DNA of 32,000 nucleotides from the NCBI RefSeq assembly GCF_000008565.1, contig NC_001263.1:371865-403864 (forward strand). The letters run 5' to 3'. This DNA comes from Deinococcus radiodurans R1 = ATCC 13939 = DSM 20539. GTDB taxonomy: Bacteria > Deinococcota > Deinococci > Deinococcales > Deinococcaceae. Positions 11,968 through 22,946 of this stretch are shown one piece after another; positions within the stretch are counted from its first letter, which is position 1, and the number at the start of each line of letters is the position of its first letter. The notes under the pieces were generated by a model. That model did no database searches. It saw nothing but the letters and a program-made list of their open reading frames with translations, and was not told the origin of the DNA. Made by a program: the position numbers and the translations under genes.

Positions 11968-12369
11968 TCAGCCGAGGGCCGCGAGCAAATGTTCGGTGTC
12001 GGTGCGCCACTCCTGCGCGTCGGCCTCGTCTTCCCAGAGCTCCGGCAACTCGCTCTCGCTGCTCAGCACGCGCTTCAGGGCATGAAAGGCCGAGGTCCGC
12101 AGCGGCTCAAGTGCAGCCACGTCGGCGTTCTGCACCCAGTCGCGCAGCCCGGCGTCCACGATGCGCGAGGTGTCATCGGTCAATACCGAGCGCAGCACCT
12201 CAGCGGCGGCGAGGGCGCGCTGGCCTTCCTCGGCCTCGATAAAGTCCATGTCGGCGTCGAGCACCACGTCGAAGGCCTCGGCGAGCGCGTAGTCGCCGTC
12301 TTGCAACACTTCGTCTATAAACGCCTTGCCGCTGTCGTTGTCGAAAGGTCCGGTGCCCCAGAGGTTCAT
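11968..12369 (-). CDS. DUF4259-like hypothetical protein
   Basis: The N-terminus MNLWGTGPFDNDSGKAFIDEV matches the characteristic W-G-x-G-P-F-D-N-D opening of DUF4259 proteins, as I recall it. 133 aa, acidic. Confidence 0.7.
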   Translation of the reverse strand: MNLWGTGPFDNDSGKAFIDEVLQDGDYALAEAFDVVLDADMDFIEAEEGQRALAAAEVLRSVLTDDTSRIVDAGLRDWVQNADVAALEPLRTSAFHALKRVLSSESELPELWEDEADAQEWRTDTEHLLAALG

Positions 12370-12414
12370 GGGGAACAGAGTACGCGCCCGCAGCCTGGGC
12401 TGACGCTCCCTTTC

Positions 12415-12809
12415 TCAGGCACCAGCGCGGCGAGTCAGGCTGATGCCCTGCTTCGCCAAACAGCCCGCCAGATGCACCGCGAATGATTCATCCTCCGCGC
12501 GTAGATGCAGGTCGCCTTCGTGGCACAGCTTGAGTTCCGCGCCGCCGATCAGCGTCAGAAACAGGTCGTCCCGGCCCAGGCAAAAGCCCAGCCGGGCGCG
12601 TTCCCGCAGCAGTTCGGGCAGGGCAGCGAGCGTGACTTCCTCGGTCTGCCATTCCATCGCCGCAAATTCCGGCGTGTCAGAGAAGTCGGAGAAGCTCCAG
12701 CCGTGCATCAGCTCGGCACTCTCCACGCCTAGCCCGCACAACGCCTCCAGCACGGCGTTCAGGGCAGCGGGCCACGCGGCGGAGCTCAGCGGCGGCGTGA
12801 CCCACTCCA

Positions 12810-12810
<1 letters not shown>
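12415..12810 (-). CDS. Hypothetical protein (131 aa, 4 Cys), start overlapping the ispG stop
   Basis: The ATG shares its A with the ispG TGA (TGATG; nt 12810 belongs to both genes). High GC3. I recognised no family. Confidence 0.6.
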
Positions 12811-14099
<1,289 letters not shown>

Positions 14100-14129
14100 G
14101 CGGTCAGTTTAGTCCCGTGGCCCCCGCCG

Positions 14130-14939
14130 TTAAGGGAGTTCCACCCATTCCCAGCGCGGCAGCCCTTCGCACAGGACTTCCACCATCACCGAGTTGGAGG
14201 AGATGAACAGGTGCCGGTAGCGCGGGCGGGCGCGTTCGAGGGCGGCCTGGGCCTCCCGGTTGCGCTTGACCTGACGGTCCATCTCGGCCCGCTCCTCCGG
14301 TGTCGGTGGGTTCGGGCCGGTCCAGAAATAGTCGCCGCTCTCCACATGGTCTCCGGAGGCCGGGGGGTAAAAGCGGCCGGTGGGCGTTTCCCAGCCCAGC
14401 TTTTTGCCCTGTTCCCATTTATCAGGATGAACCTGAACGGCGCGGCCTCCCAGCGGAAAGACGCCGTAATCGGGGTTGTCCTCCAGAATCTCGGTGATCC
14501 AGGGGTCGGGGTCGTTGACCACTTCCAGAAAAGTGCTGCCGCAGTCGGGCGCCTCCGAGTTCCACGAGTAGCTGTGGGCATAAGGCCCCGAATATTCCTC
14601 CGGATAAGTCTCCAGCGCGTAGATGCGTTCGGAGTGGTGCAGTGTCACGCCGCCTCCGTTCAGCCCGCCGTCCACTTCCTCCCAGCGGCTTTGCCAGGTC
14701 AGGCGCAGGGTGCGCTCCAGGCCCGGTTCGTTGTGCCCACAAGCGGTGTATTGCGCCTCAGCCCCCGCCACATCGGCAAAATATTCGCCGGTCAGCTCCA
14801 CCACGAGGTCAGGGCCGTCGTGGAAACCCTGTTCGACCCGCCGCACATAAGGCATGTAGAGGTGCGCTGACGCCTCGACAAGTGTTTCGTCAGGCCACGC
14901 GGCCCACTGGTACTGTGCAAAGCGTTCGCGCCGTCCCAT
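14130..14939 (-). CDS. Hypothetical Trp-rich protein (269 aa), immediately upstream of ispG
   Basis: Long ORF with high GC3, 30 nt upstream of the ispG start. I preferred ATG 14939 over ATG 14981 because the 14 extra codons have poorer GC3. I recognised no family. Confidence 0.6.
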   Translation of the reverse strand: MGRRERFAQYQWAAWPDETLVEASAHLYMPYVRRVEQGFHDGPDLVVELTGEYFADVAGAEAQYTACGHNEPGLERTLRLTWQSRWEEVDGGLNGGGVTLHHSERIYALETYPEEYSGPYAHSYSWNSEAPDCGSTFLEVVNDPDPWITEILEDNPDYGVFPLGGRAVQVHPDKWEQGKKLGWETPTGRFYPPASGDHVESGDYFWTGPNPPTPEERAEMDRQVKRNREAQAALERARPRYRHLFISSNSVMVEVLCEGLPRWEWVELP

Positions 14940-14986
14940 AGCCCACGATAGTGCCGGAAGGGGCGGCTCCCCCGGTAGCATGGTTC

Positions 14987-15445
14987 ATGCCACAGAACTT
15001 CCGGGACGACGTGCTGGGCAACCTGACCTACGACGAGCAGTTGGAGGGGTGGGAGGGCACCTTCGGGACGCCAGAGGTTTCTTTGTGGCTGAGCGGCGCA
15101 CAAGGAGACGGAGCAGGGCAAGACCGCCTCCCGGTCTACCGCGACGCCTTTCTGCGGCTGCGGCGGGACGAACCCGGCCTGCGCCGTCAGGTGGCCGAGC
15201 AGTTGACCGACCTGGCAGAGGACTGGCGTGAACCCGAGGATGACGCAGAGGACGATGACGAGGAAGATGGTCAGCCCATCACGCCGGAGAGTGTTCTGGA
15301 GCGAATCGCATTGACCAACGTGATGCTTTACGCGGACGGCAGCGCGGAACTGTACTACAGCGACGGCGACCTCTTCGCCGGGCACGTCATTATCGGCTCG
15401 GTGGACGAAAACGGCGAGCTCACGGACGCGGGCATCGCGGGCTGA
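14987..15445 (+). CDS. Hypothetical acidic protein (152 aa), possibly DUF2262-like
   Basis: Divergent from the previous gene. Acidic central stretch EPEDDAEDDDEEDG. The C-terminal ELYYSDGDLFAGHVIIGSVDENGELTDAGIAG reminds me of DUF2262-type proteins; this memory-based match is weak. Alternative GTG start at 14951. Confidence 0.55.
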   Translation: MPQNFRDDVLGNLTYDEQLEGWEGTFGTPEVSLWLSGAQGDGAGQDRLPVYRDAFLRLRRDEPGLRRQVAEQLTDLAEDWREPEDDAEDDDEEDGQPITPESVLERIALTNVMLYADGSAELYYSDGDLFAGHVIIGSVDENGELTDAGIAG

Positions 15446-15460
15446 GCGACTGACCCCGCG

Positions 15461-15466
15461 TATACT
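15461..15466 (+). promoter_or_regulatory. Candidate -10 box TATACT for a leaderless asp23 transcript
   Basis: TATACT ends 9 nt before the GTG at 15476. There is no clear -35 box. Confidence 0.3.
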
Positions 15467-15475
15467 CGCTGCATT

Positions 15476-15808
15476 GTGAGCGGAAGCATTCAAATTACCG
15501 AGGCGGCGCTCGCCTCCCTCATCGGGCTGACGGCCCACGAGATTCCCGGTGTGGTGGGCATGGCCCCCGCCAACCTCAAGGAAGGGCTGTCGCGGGTGCT
15601 GGGGCGCGCCAACGTGTCCGACGGCGTGGTCATCGGCAAGGACGGGGGCAAGTTCACCGCCGACCTCTACATCGTGGCGGCCTACGGCGTGAATATCCCC
15701 CGCGTGGCCGAGAACATCACCGAGCGGGTGCAGCACATCGTCAAAACCCAGGCGGGCATCGACCTCGCCGCGCTGCGCGTTCATGCGGTGGGGGTGCAAC
15801 GTGTCTGA
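15476..15808 (+). CDS. Asp23/Gls24 (alkaline shock protein, DUF322) family protein
   Basis: 110 aa. IQITEAALASLIGLTAHEIPGVVGM ... DLYIVAAYGVNIPRVAENITERV is typical of Asp23/YloU. Confidence 0.88.
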   Translation: MSGSIQITEAALASLIGLTAHEIPGVVGMAPANLKEGLSRVLGRANVSDGVVIGKDGGKFTADLYIVAAYGVNIPRVAENITERVQHIVKTQAGIDLAALRVHAVGVQRV

Positions 15809-15815
15809 CGCCCCG

Positions 15816-17441
<1,626 letters not shown>

Positions 17442-17463
17442 GCGGCAGAAAAAGAGAAAAGAG

Positions 17464-17500
17464 GAGGCTGGAGCAATGGCTCCGGCCTCTTTGCTTTTGG
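17464..17500 (+). terminator. Rho-independent terminator after the DAK2 gene
   Basis: Stem GAGGCTGGAGC (17464-17474), loop AATG, stem GCTCCGGCCTC (17479-17489), followed by TTTGCTTTT. Confidence 0.8.
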
Positions 17501-17523
17501 ACTAAAGCATTGGACAAAAGAAT

Positions 17524-17608
17524 GGCCTTGCGTTGTTTGACCCTCTACCAAGGGGAGACTCGGAGAGCTGCGAAGCAGAGGGCCTGCCAAAGGCAGGGGT
17601 GAGGGGTC
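17524..17608 (+). repeat. Intergenic small noncoding repeat, copy A (paired with 27074..27159)
   Basis: Hand alignment to copy B shows shared blocks CTTGCGT, GACCCT, GGGAGACTCGGAGAGCTGC / GGGACTCGCAGAGCTGC and AGAGGGCCTGCCAA(A/G)GG(C/T)AGGGG. Internal mini-hairpins include CTGC-nnn-GCAG and CCTGCC-nnn-GG(C/T)AGG. Confidence 0.75.
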
Positions 17609-17677
17609 TTTATTCCGTCAAGTGGTCTAGGCCAGGCGGCAGAGGTGCGGCGCGGTTTCTCCGGTCTACCCTGAGCC

Positions 17678-17863
17678 ATGCGCTTTGACCTCCCCGGTTT
17701 GACGCTGGGTCCCACCGACAAGGATGTGGAGCATCTCGCCCGGCATCAACTCAGGCTAGAGGACGCCAACCAGCAGCCGGAGGAAGAACAAGCAAAAGCT
17801 CTCGGGCTGACCCTGGAGCAGTGGCAAACCCTTCAGGAGTCTTTGCACGGCCTGCGCCGCTGA
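17678..17863 (+). CDS. Small hypothetical protein (61 aa)
   Basis: ATG start, moderately high GC3, and it ends at the shared terminator. No recognisable family. Coding status uncertain. Confidence 0.45.
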   Translation: MRFDLPGLTLGPTDKDVEHLARHQLRLEDANQQPEEEQAKALGLTLEQWQTLQESLHGLRR

Positions 17864-17865
17864 GC

Positions 17866-17905
17866 ATAAAAAACCGCCCCGGCAGGAACGGATCTTGCCG
17901 GGACG
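17866..17905. terminator. Bidirectional terminator between the small ORF (+) and the BON gene (-)
   Basis: Stem CCCGGCA (17878-17884) / TGCCGGG (17896-17902). The minus-strand reading is followed by GCGGTTTTTTA, and the plus-strand hairpin is preceded by AAAAAA. Confidence 0.7.
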
Positions 17906-17926
17906 GGTGCTCAAACTCAGTGAGAA

Positions 17927-19324
17927 TTACTTCTGGGTGCTGCTGCTCGTCGAGGTGCTGCTGCCGGTGCTGCTCGCCCCCGTGCTGCCGGTGGCGCTGC
18001 TGCTTCCGCTGCCCGTCGAGCTGCTGTCGCTGCTGGTCTCGTTGCCGGCGCTGGTCATGGCGTCATGGCCGAGGTTGCTGCTCTGGCTGGAGGACGAGCT
18101 GGAGCCGCTCTGGCTGCCCATGCCCATCGATCCTATGCCGCTCTGACCACCCTGGGCCATCTGACTGCCGTAGCTGCTCATGCCAGCCTGCTGGCCCTGG
18201 CTTTGCTGCACGCGCAGTTGGTTGTGCACGTCCTTGACGCCGCGCAGGTGCTCCACGCACTCTTCGGCGCGGCGCTTCTGCCCACGGTCAGACACGGTGC
18301 CGGTCAGGGTCACTTCACCATTCTGCACCTGCACTTCGATGTTTTCGGCGTCCACGTGGTCGGCGTCTTCGAGGGCGTCACTCACAGCTTCCTTCACGCG
18401 GTCGTCGCTGCGCTGGTAGCCCTTTGGGCCCTTGCCACGGTAGCTCTGCTGCTGGCCGGAGCCCATGCCGGACTGCCCATACGACTGAGACTGCCCGTAC
18501 GATTGGCCGTAGCCGCCCTGGGTGCCCATCGAGCCCATGCTCATGCTGGTCGAGCTGGCGTAGTCGCGGCCCATGCCGGACATCCCCATACCCTGACCGC
18601 CCATGCTGCCGCCGTAGCCCTGCTGGCCCATGCCCTGCGAGCCGTAGCCGCCCTGATAGCTCTGGCCGCCTTGATAACCGCCGCCCTGGTAGCCCTGCGA
18701 CCCCTGCTGGCTGTAGCCCTGGCCGCCCATGCCGTAGCTGCTCTGGCCGTAGCTGTATTCGTCGCGGCCCGAACCCATGCCGCCGCGCTGGTTGCCCATG
18801 CCCTGGCCGTAGCGGCTGTCGTCGCCGTAGCTGCCGTAGCTCTGGCTCTGACCGTAGCCACCGCCGCCCATGCCGCGCTGACCGTAGCTCATCGAGCCCA
18901 TGCCGGAGCGGTCGTCGTAGGAACCCATACCTGAGCTCTGGCGACCATAATCCTGGCGTCCGTAATCTTGACGCCCGTAGTCCTGGCCCATGCCCTGACG
19001 GCCATAATCCTGCCCGCCCATGCTGCGGTAGCGGCCCTGGTCTTCGCTGTAGGAGCGGCCCATCCCCATGCTGCCCATACCGCCGCCGTAGCCACGGTCG
19101 CTGTAGTCGCGCTGGTCGCGGTCATACCCCTGCCCAGAGCTTTGGCCGTAACGCTGTCCACCCTGCTGCATGCCGCTGGCGGGGTCCATGGGCATGCTGC
19201 CGTAGTCGTAGTGGCCGTAGCGGTCGTTCATGTCGCCCGGACGGCCCACACCCCGGCCCTGTCCCTGGCGGTCGAAGCGGTCGTCGCGGCTGTTGTCATA
19301 ACGGTCATTGCGGTCACGGGTCAT
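17927..19324 (-). CDS. BON domain protein with long G/S/Y/Q/M-rich low-complexity arms and a Ser/Thr-rich tail
   Basis: AGGAGA Shine-Dalgarno before the ATG. No signal peptide (MTRDRNDRYDNSRDD...). The BON-like core is KGPKGYQRSDDRVKEAVSDALEDADHVDAENIEVQVQNGEVTLTGTVSDRGQKRRAEECVEHLRGVKDVHNQLRV. It is flanked by hundreds of residues of GYGQS/GMG/QDYGR-type repeats. Confidence 0.85.
   Translation of the reverse strand: MTRDRNDRYDNSRDDRFDRQGQGRGVGRPGDMNDRYGHYDYGSMPMDPASGMQQGGQRYGQSSGQGYDRDQRDYSDRGYGGGMGSMGMGRSYSEDQGRYRSMGGQDYGRQGMGQDYGRQDYGRQDYGRQSSGMGSYDDRSGMGSMSYGQRGMGGGGYGQSQSYGSYGDDSRYGQGMGNQRGGMGSGRDEYSYGQSSYGMGGQGYSQQGSQGYQGGGYQGGQSYQGGYGSQGMGQQGYGGSMGGQGMGMSGMGRDYASSTSMSMGSMGTQGGYGQSYGQSQSYGQSGMGSGQQQSYRGKGPKGYQRSDDRVKEAVSDALEDADHVDAENIEVQVQNGEVTLTGTVSDRGQKRRAEECVEHLRGVKDVHNQLRVQQSQGQQAGMSSYGSQMAQGGQSGIGSMGMGSQSGSSSSSSQSSNLGHDAMTSAGNETSSDSSSTGSGSSSATGSTGASSTGSSTSTSSSTQK
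18938..19009 (-). repeat. In-CDS tandem 15-nt repeats encoding QDYGR units
   Basis: CTGGCGACCATAATC / CTGGCGTCCGTAATC / TTGACGCCCGTAGTC are consecutive at 18938-18982, with a fourth related unit at 18995-19009. The protein reads QDYGR four times. Confidence 0.85.
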
Positions 19325-19776
19325 ACGTCTCCTGTGGGCAGAGGGGAGCAGCGAAACGGGGGGTCCGTCCCTTACACAGCTCTGCGTTGTCGTGCTCCTC
19401 TAGTCAGCCTCTCCGGCATGGGAAGCCTCTGAGAATTTGCCCAAAGCTCCGGCTCTGTAAAAGTCTGGTGAATATGACCGCGAGTCGTTTCGAGCGGCTG
19501 CCTGAGAGGGTTTTACCTTCTGACAGCCGTTCGATTGGGGACGTAGCTTCTTAGGAAAACGGGGGCGCGTGGGGGCACGGTCAGCCGAAGGTCAGGGCTT
19601 TCAGGATGGCTTTGAATGCCTTCTTCGCTTCCCGACTCACCGCTTCAGCCGCTTGTCAGCCGGGGCCGGGGGTGTAGACTTCAGGCACCCAAACATCTCT
19701 GCTGCGCGGCGTCTTTTCGTCCGTTCCCCGGTCTGGTCGATGTCGGCCAGTGTTTCCCCAAAGGTCCGGTGGTTTC

Positions 19777-21786
19777 ATGCCTTCTCGCACGGTCAGTCTC
19801 GCCGCCCACAGCGGCGCCGGAAAAACGTCGCTTGCCGAAGCCCTGCTGCACGCCAGTGGGGCCATTTCACGTCCGGGGCGGGTGGAAGACGGCACCGCCC
19901 GCAGCGACTTTACCGACGCCGAAAAGGAACACGGCTTTTCCATTCAGACGGCGGTGCTGCGCCTGTGCAGTGAGGGCGTGGACATCACCCTGCTCGACAC
20001 ACCGGGGTACGCCGACTTCGTGCGCGAGATTCGCGGCGCGGTGCGGGCCGCCGACGCCGCGCTGGTGGTGGTGAGCGCGGTCAGCGGCGTGGAGGTCGGC
20101 ACCGAGCGGGTGTGGGCCACTGCCGACCGCTTCGGGATGCCGCGCCTGATTGCCCTGAACAAGATGGACCGCGACCGCGCCGACTTTTACACCATGCTCG
20201 CCGACGTGCGGGCCAGCTTGAAAGGCCCGGTGGCCGCGACATTTCTGCCCATCGGTCAAGGTGAGGACTTCCGGGGCATCGTCGAAGTGCTGAGCGGAGA
20301 GAGCAGCGTCGAGGTACCGACCTCCATGCGCGCGGAACTGCGGGAGGCCCGTGACGCCCTCACCGAAGCCATCGTGGAAACCGACGACGCCCTGATGACG
20401 CGCTATCTCGACGGCGACGACGTCAGCGACGACGAACTGCGGACCGCGCTCGAAGCCGCCATTCGCGCCGGAACGCTCTACCCGGTGATTCCCGTCAGTG
20501 CCCTGACCGGCGTGGGCGTGCCCGAGCTGCTGCACCTGCTCGCCTGCGGCCTGAGGAGTGCCGAGGAGCGCGGCCCGGCCACCGGGCAGGACGGTCAGAC
20601 CCGCGAGCCGAGCGCCGACGCGCCCTTCAGCGCCCGGGTGTGGCGGCTGAGCGTGGACCCCTTCGTGGGCAAGGAAGCGTATATCCGCGTGTGGAGCGGC
20701 ACCCTGCGGGCAGGCGACACCGTGCGCAACACGACGCGCGGCGTGGACCTGCGGCCCGCGCACCTCTACGTCATTGACGGCAAGGAACTGACCGAGGTGC
20801 CCGAGCTGCGGGCCGGCGACATCGGCGTGCTGACCAAGCTACCCGAACTGCACACCGGCGACACGCTCGCCGACCCCGCGCATCCCATCGAGTACGACCC
20901 GCTGTGGCTGCCCGACCCGGCGCACACCGTCGCCCTGCGCCCGCGCACCCGCCAGGACGAGGACAAGCTGGGCGCTGCACTCGCCCGGCTGCTGGACGAG
21001 GACCCCACCCTGCGCTTTGCCCGCGAGCCGCAAACGGGCGAGCAGCTCCTGTCGGGCATGGGCGACATGCACACCAAAATCGCGGTGGAAAAGCTCGCCG
21101 CGCTCGGGGTGGGTGTGGACACGGCGCCCCCGCAGATTCCCTACCGCGAAACCATCCACGCCAGGGCCGAGGGTCAGGGCAAACACAAGAAACAGTCGGG
21201 CGGGCACGGGCAGTACGGCGACTGCACCATCCGCATCGAACCCGGCGAGGGCTACAACTTTCGCAGCGCGGTGGTGGGCGGCGCGGTGCCCGCCAAATAC
21301 CTGCCGAGCATCGAAAAGGGCATTCAGGACGTCCTGCAAAAAGGCTCGCTGGCGGGCTTTCCCCTGCAAGACCTGCACGTGACGGTGCTCGGTGGCTCGT
21401 ATCACGACGTGGACTCCTCCGACATCGCCTTTCGCACGGCGGGCAGCCTCGCGCTGAAAAAAGCGCTGGAGGACGCGAAACCGGGTCTGCTCGAACCCGT
21501 CGTGCTGCTGAGCGTCCGGGCCCCCGCGCAACTGACCGGCGACCTCATCAGCGACCTCCAGACCCGCCGTGCCCGAGTGCAGGGCATGGACCCCGAGGGC
21601 ACCGTCATCGTGATTCGCGCCGTGGTGCCGCAGGCCGAGCTGCAGACCTACTCGGCGGACCTGCGCTCGCTGACCGGCGACCGGGGGGCGTTTAGCGTGA
21701 AACCGCACGGCTATCAGGACGTGCCCGAGCCTCTGGCGCGCAAGGTGATGGCTGAGCGGCAAGCCGCACTCAGGAGCGAGGCGTGA
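19777..21786 (+). CDS. Elongation factor G paralog (EF-G2-like translational GTPase)
   Basis: G motifs [12 protein letters not shown] and NKMD. EF-G domains II-V are recognisable (e.g. HGGSGQYGD-like [13 protein letters not shown]). 669 aa from ATG 19777; the track's GTG 19750 is less likely. Confidence 0.9.
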   Translation: MPSRTVSLAAHSGAGKTSLAEALLHASGAISRPGRVEDGTARSDFTDAEKEHGFSIQTAVLRLCSEGVDITLLDTPGYADFVREIRGAVRAADAALVVVSAVSGVEVGTERVWATADRFGMPRLIALNKMDRDRADFYTMLADVRASLKGPVAATFLPIGQGEDFRGIVEVLSGESSVEVPTSMRAELREARDALTEAIVETDDALMTRYLDGDDVSDDELRTALEAAIRAGTLYPVIPVSALTGVGVPELLHLLACGLRSAEERGPATGQDGQTREPSADAPFSARVWRLSVDPFVGKEAYIRVWSGTLRAGDTVRNTTRGVDLRPAHLYVIDGKELTEVPELRAGDIGVLTKLPELHTGDTLADPAHPIEYDPLWLPDPAHTVALRPRTRQDEDKLGAALARLLDEDPTLRFAREPQTGEQLLSGMGDMHTKIAVEKLAALGVGVDTAPPQIPYRETIHARAEGQGKHKKQSGGHGQYGDCTIRIEPGEGYNFRSAVVGGAVPAKYLPSIEKGIQDVLQKGSLAGFPLQDLHVTVLGGSYHDVDSSDIAFRTAGSLALKKALEDAKPGLLEPVVLLSVRAPAQLTGDLISDLQTRRARVQGMDPEGTVIVIRAVVPQAELQTYSADLRSLTGDRGAFSVKPHGYQDVPEPLARKVMAERQAALRSEA

Positions 21787-21803
21787 GGACAGCTCTGTAA
21801 CCG

Positions 21804-21856
21804 CTCACCTCCGGGTGAGGGCAGGCCGGGCCGCTGGAAGGGGAGGCCCGGCCTGC
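21804..21856 (+). terminator. Two GC hairpins after the EF-G paralog (no U-tract)
   Basis: CTCACC-TCCG-GGTGAG at 21804-21819. A perfect 12-bp stem GCAGGCCGGGCC (21821-21832) / GGCCCGGCCTGC (21845-21856). Confidence 0.45.
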
Positions 21857-21861
21857 GCCAT

Positions 21862-22890
21862 TTGCCGGATGCGCGGCGGCGCCCGGAAAGGCAGACTGCG
21901 GCTGTGTCTTTTTCTGCCCGGTCTTTCCCTGCCCTGCATTCCGTTCTGGCGCCTACGGCCCTGGCCGGGCTGGTATCCGAAACCTACGGCCTGACGCAGC
22001 CGGCGCTGACCTTGCTGCGGCGGGGGCTGAACGACACTTCCCGCGTTCAGTCGGGCGAGCGGCGCACCATCCTGCGCGTCTACCGCTGCGGCTGGCGCAC
22101 GCCGGCAGAGGTGGGCTGGGAACTGGCGTTTCTCCAGCACCTCGCGGGTCGGGGGGTGAGGGTTTCGTCGCCCCTTCCTCGGGCCGATGGAGCCTTGTTC
22201 GGCGTGTTGGACGCAGCCGAAGGCCCCCGCGCCTACGCCATGTTTGAATATCTGCCGGGCCGCGCTCTGGAGAACACACCCGCAGACGCCGCGCTCTACG
22301 GGCAGTGTGCCGCCGGGCTGCATGACGCCGCCGACCCCTTCACCGCGCCGGGCCGCTTGGCGCTCGACTTGAATCATCTTCTCACCGAGCCCCTGCGGCA
22401 GATGCGCCCGCTGCTGACCGAGTTTCCCGACCTCGCCGCGCCGCTTGAGGCCGCTGCCGAGCGCACCCAGGCCCGCCTGACGGCCCTCGCGCCGGGGCTG
22501 AGCTGGGGCGCGTGTCACGGCGACCTGCACGAAGCCAACGCTCGGCTGACGCCTGAGAACGAGGTCGGCCTCTTTGACTTCGACTGCGCTGGCCCCGGCT
22601 TCCGTGCCTATGACCTCGCGGTGTACTGGTGGAGTCAGGTCACGCAGGGGCAAGGCGCGGAGGAAGTTCAACCGCTCTGGGACGCGTTTCTGGGTGCCTA
22701 CCGCGAGCGCCGCCCGCTGACGGACGCCGACCTCGCCGCTCTGCCCCACTTTGTCGCTGCCCGTGCGCTGTGGTTCATGGGCCTGATGGCCGGGCGTGCG
22801 GCAGAATTTGGCACGGAAACGCTGGGGCGGCCCTTCTTTGAATTCGGCCTGAATTTCCTGACGGAGTGGGAGGAGCGGCACGGCGCGTAA
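21862..22890 (+). CDS. Phosphotransferase enzyme family protein (APH / homoserine-kinase type II-like)
   Basis: Catalytic loop CHGDLHEANARL and FDFDCAGPGFRAYDLAVYWW (Brenner and DFD motifs). Start uncertain: TTG 21862 or GTG 21904. Confidence 0.85.
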   Translation: MPDARRRPERQTAAVSFSARSFPALHSVLAPTALAGLVSETYGLTQPALTLLRRGLNDTSRVQSGERRTILRVYRCGWRTPAEVGWELAFLQHLAGRGVRVSSPLPRADGALFGVLDAAEGPRAYAMFEYLPGRALENTPADAALYGQCAAGLHDAADPFTAPGRLALDLNHLLTEPLRQMRPLLTEFPDLAAPLEAAAERTQARLTALAPGLSWGACHGDLHEANARLTPENEVGLFDFDCAGPGFRAYDLAVYWWSQVTQGQGAEEVQPLWDAFLGAYRERRPLTDADLAALPHFVAARALWFMGLMAGRAAEFGTETLGRPFFEFGLNFLTEWEERHGA

Positions 22891-22946
22891 GCCGGGAACA
22901 GACGTTCCCCCCCCGGAGACACCTCCAAAGGACTAGGCTCGCTGCC

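Noticed and set aside
18938-19009. Short tandem repeats here (and at 28266..28376) as a CRISPR-like or VNTR locus
   Set aside because: The units are 15 nt or imperfect, contiguous without spacers, and lie in-frame inside coding sequences, where they encode QDYGR and AAPVTNTA peptide repeats.
19538-19562. tRNA-like start GGGGACGTAGCTTC
   Set aside because: It lacks the D-loop consensus (TAGCTCAGTTGG-like), a T-loop GGTTCGAATCC-like box and a foldable cloverleaf downstream.
19581-19778. Small minus-strand ORFs (40 aa plus a 19-24 aa amphipathic tail, AAEAVSREAKKAFKAILKALTFG) divergent from the EF-G paralog
   Set aside because: They are interrupted by an in-frame TGA, have no SD and overlap the EF-G start codon. 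They are too short to support without expression data.
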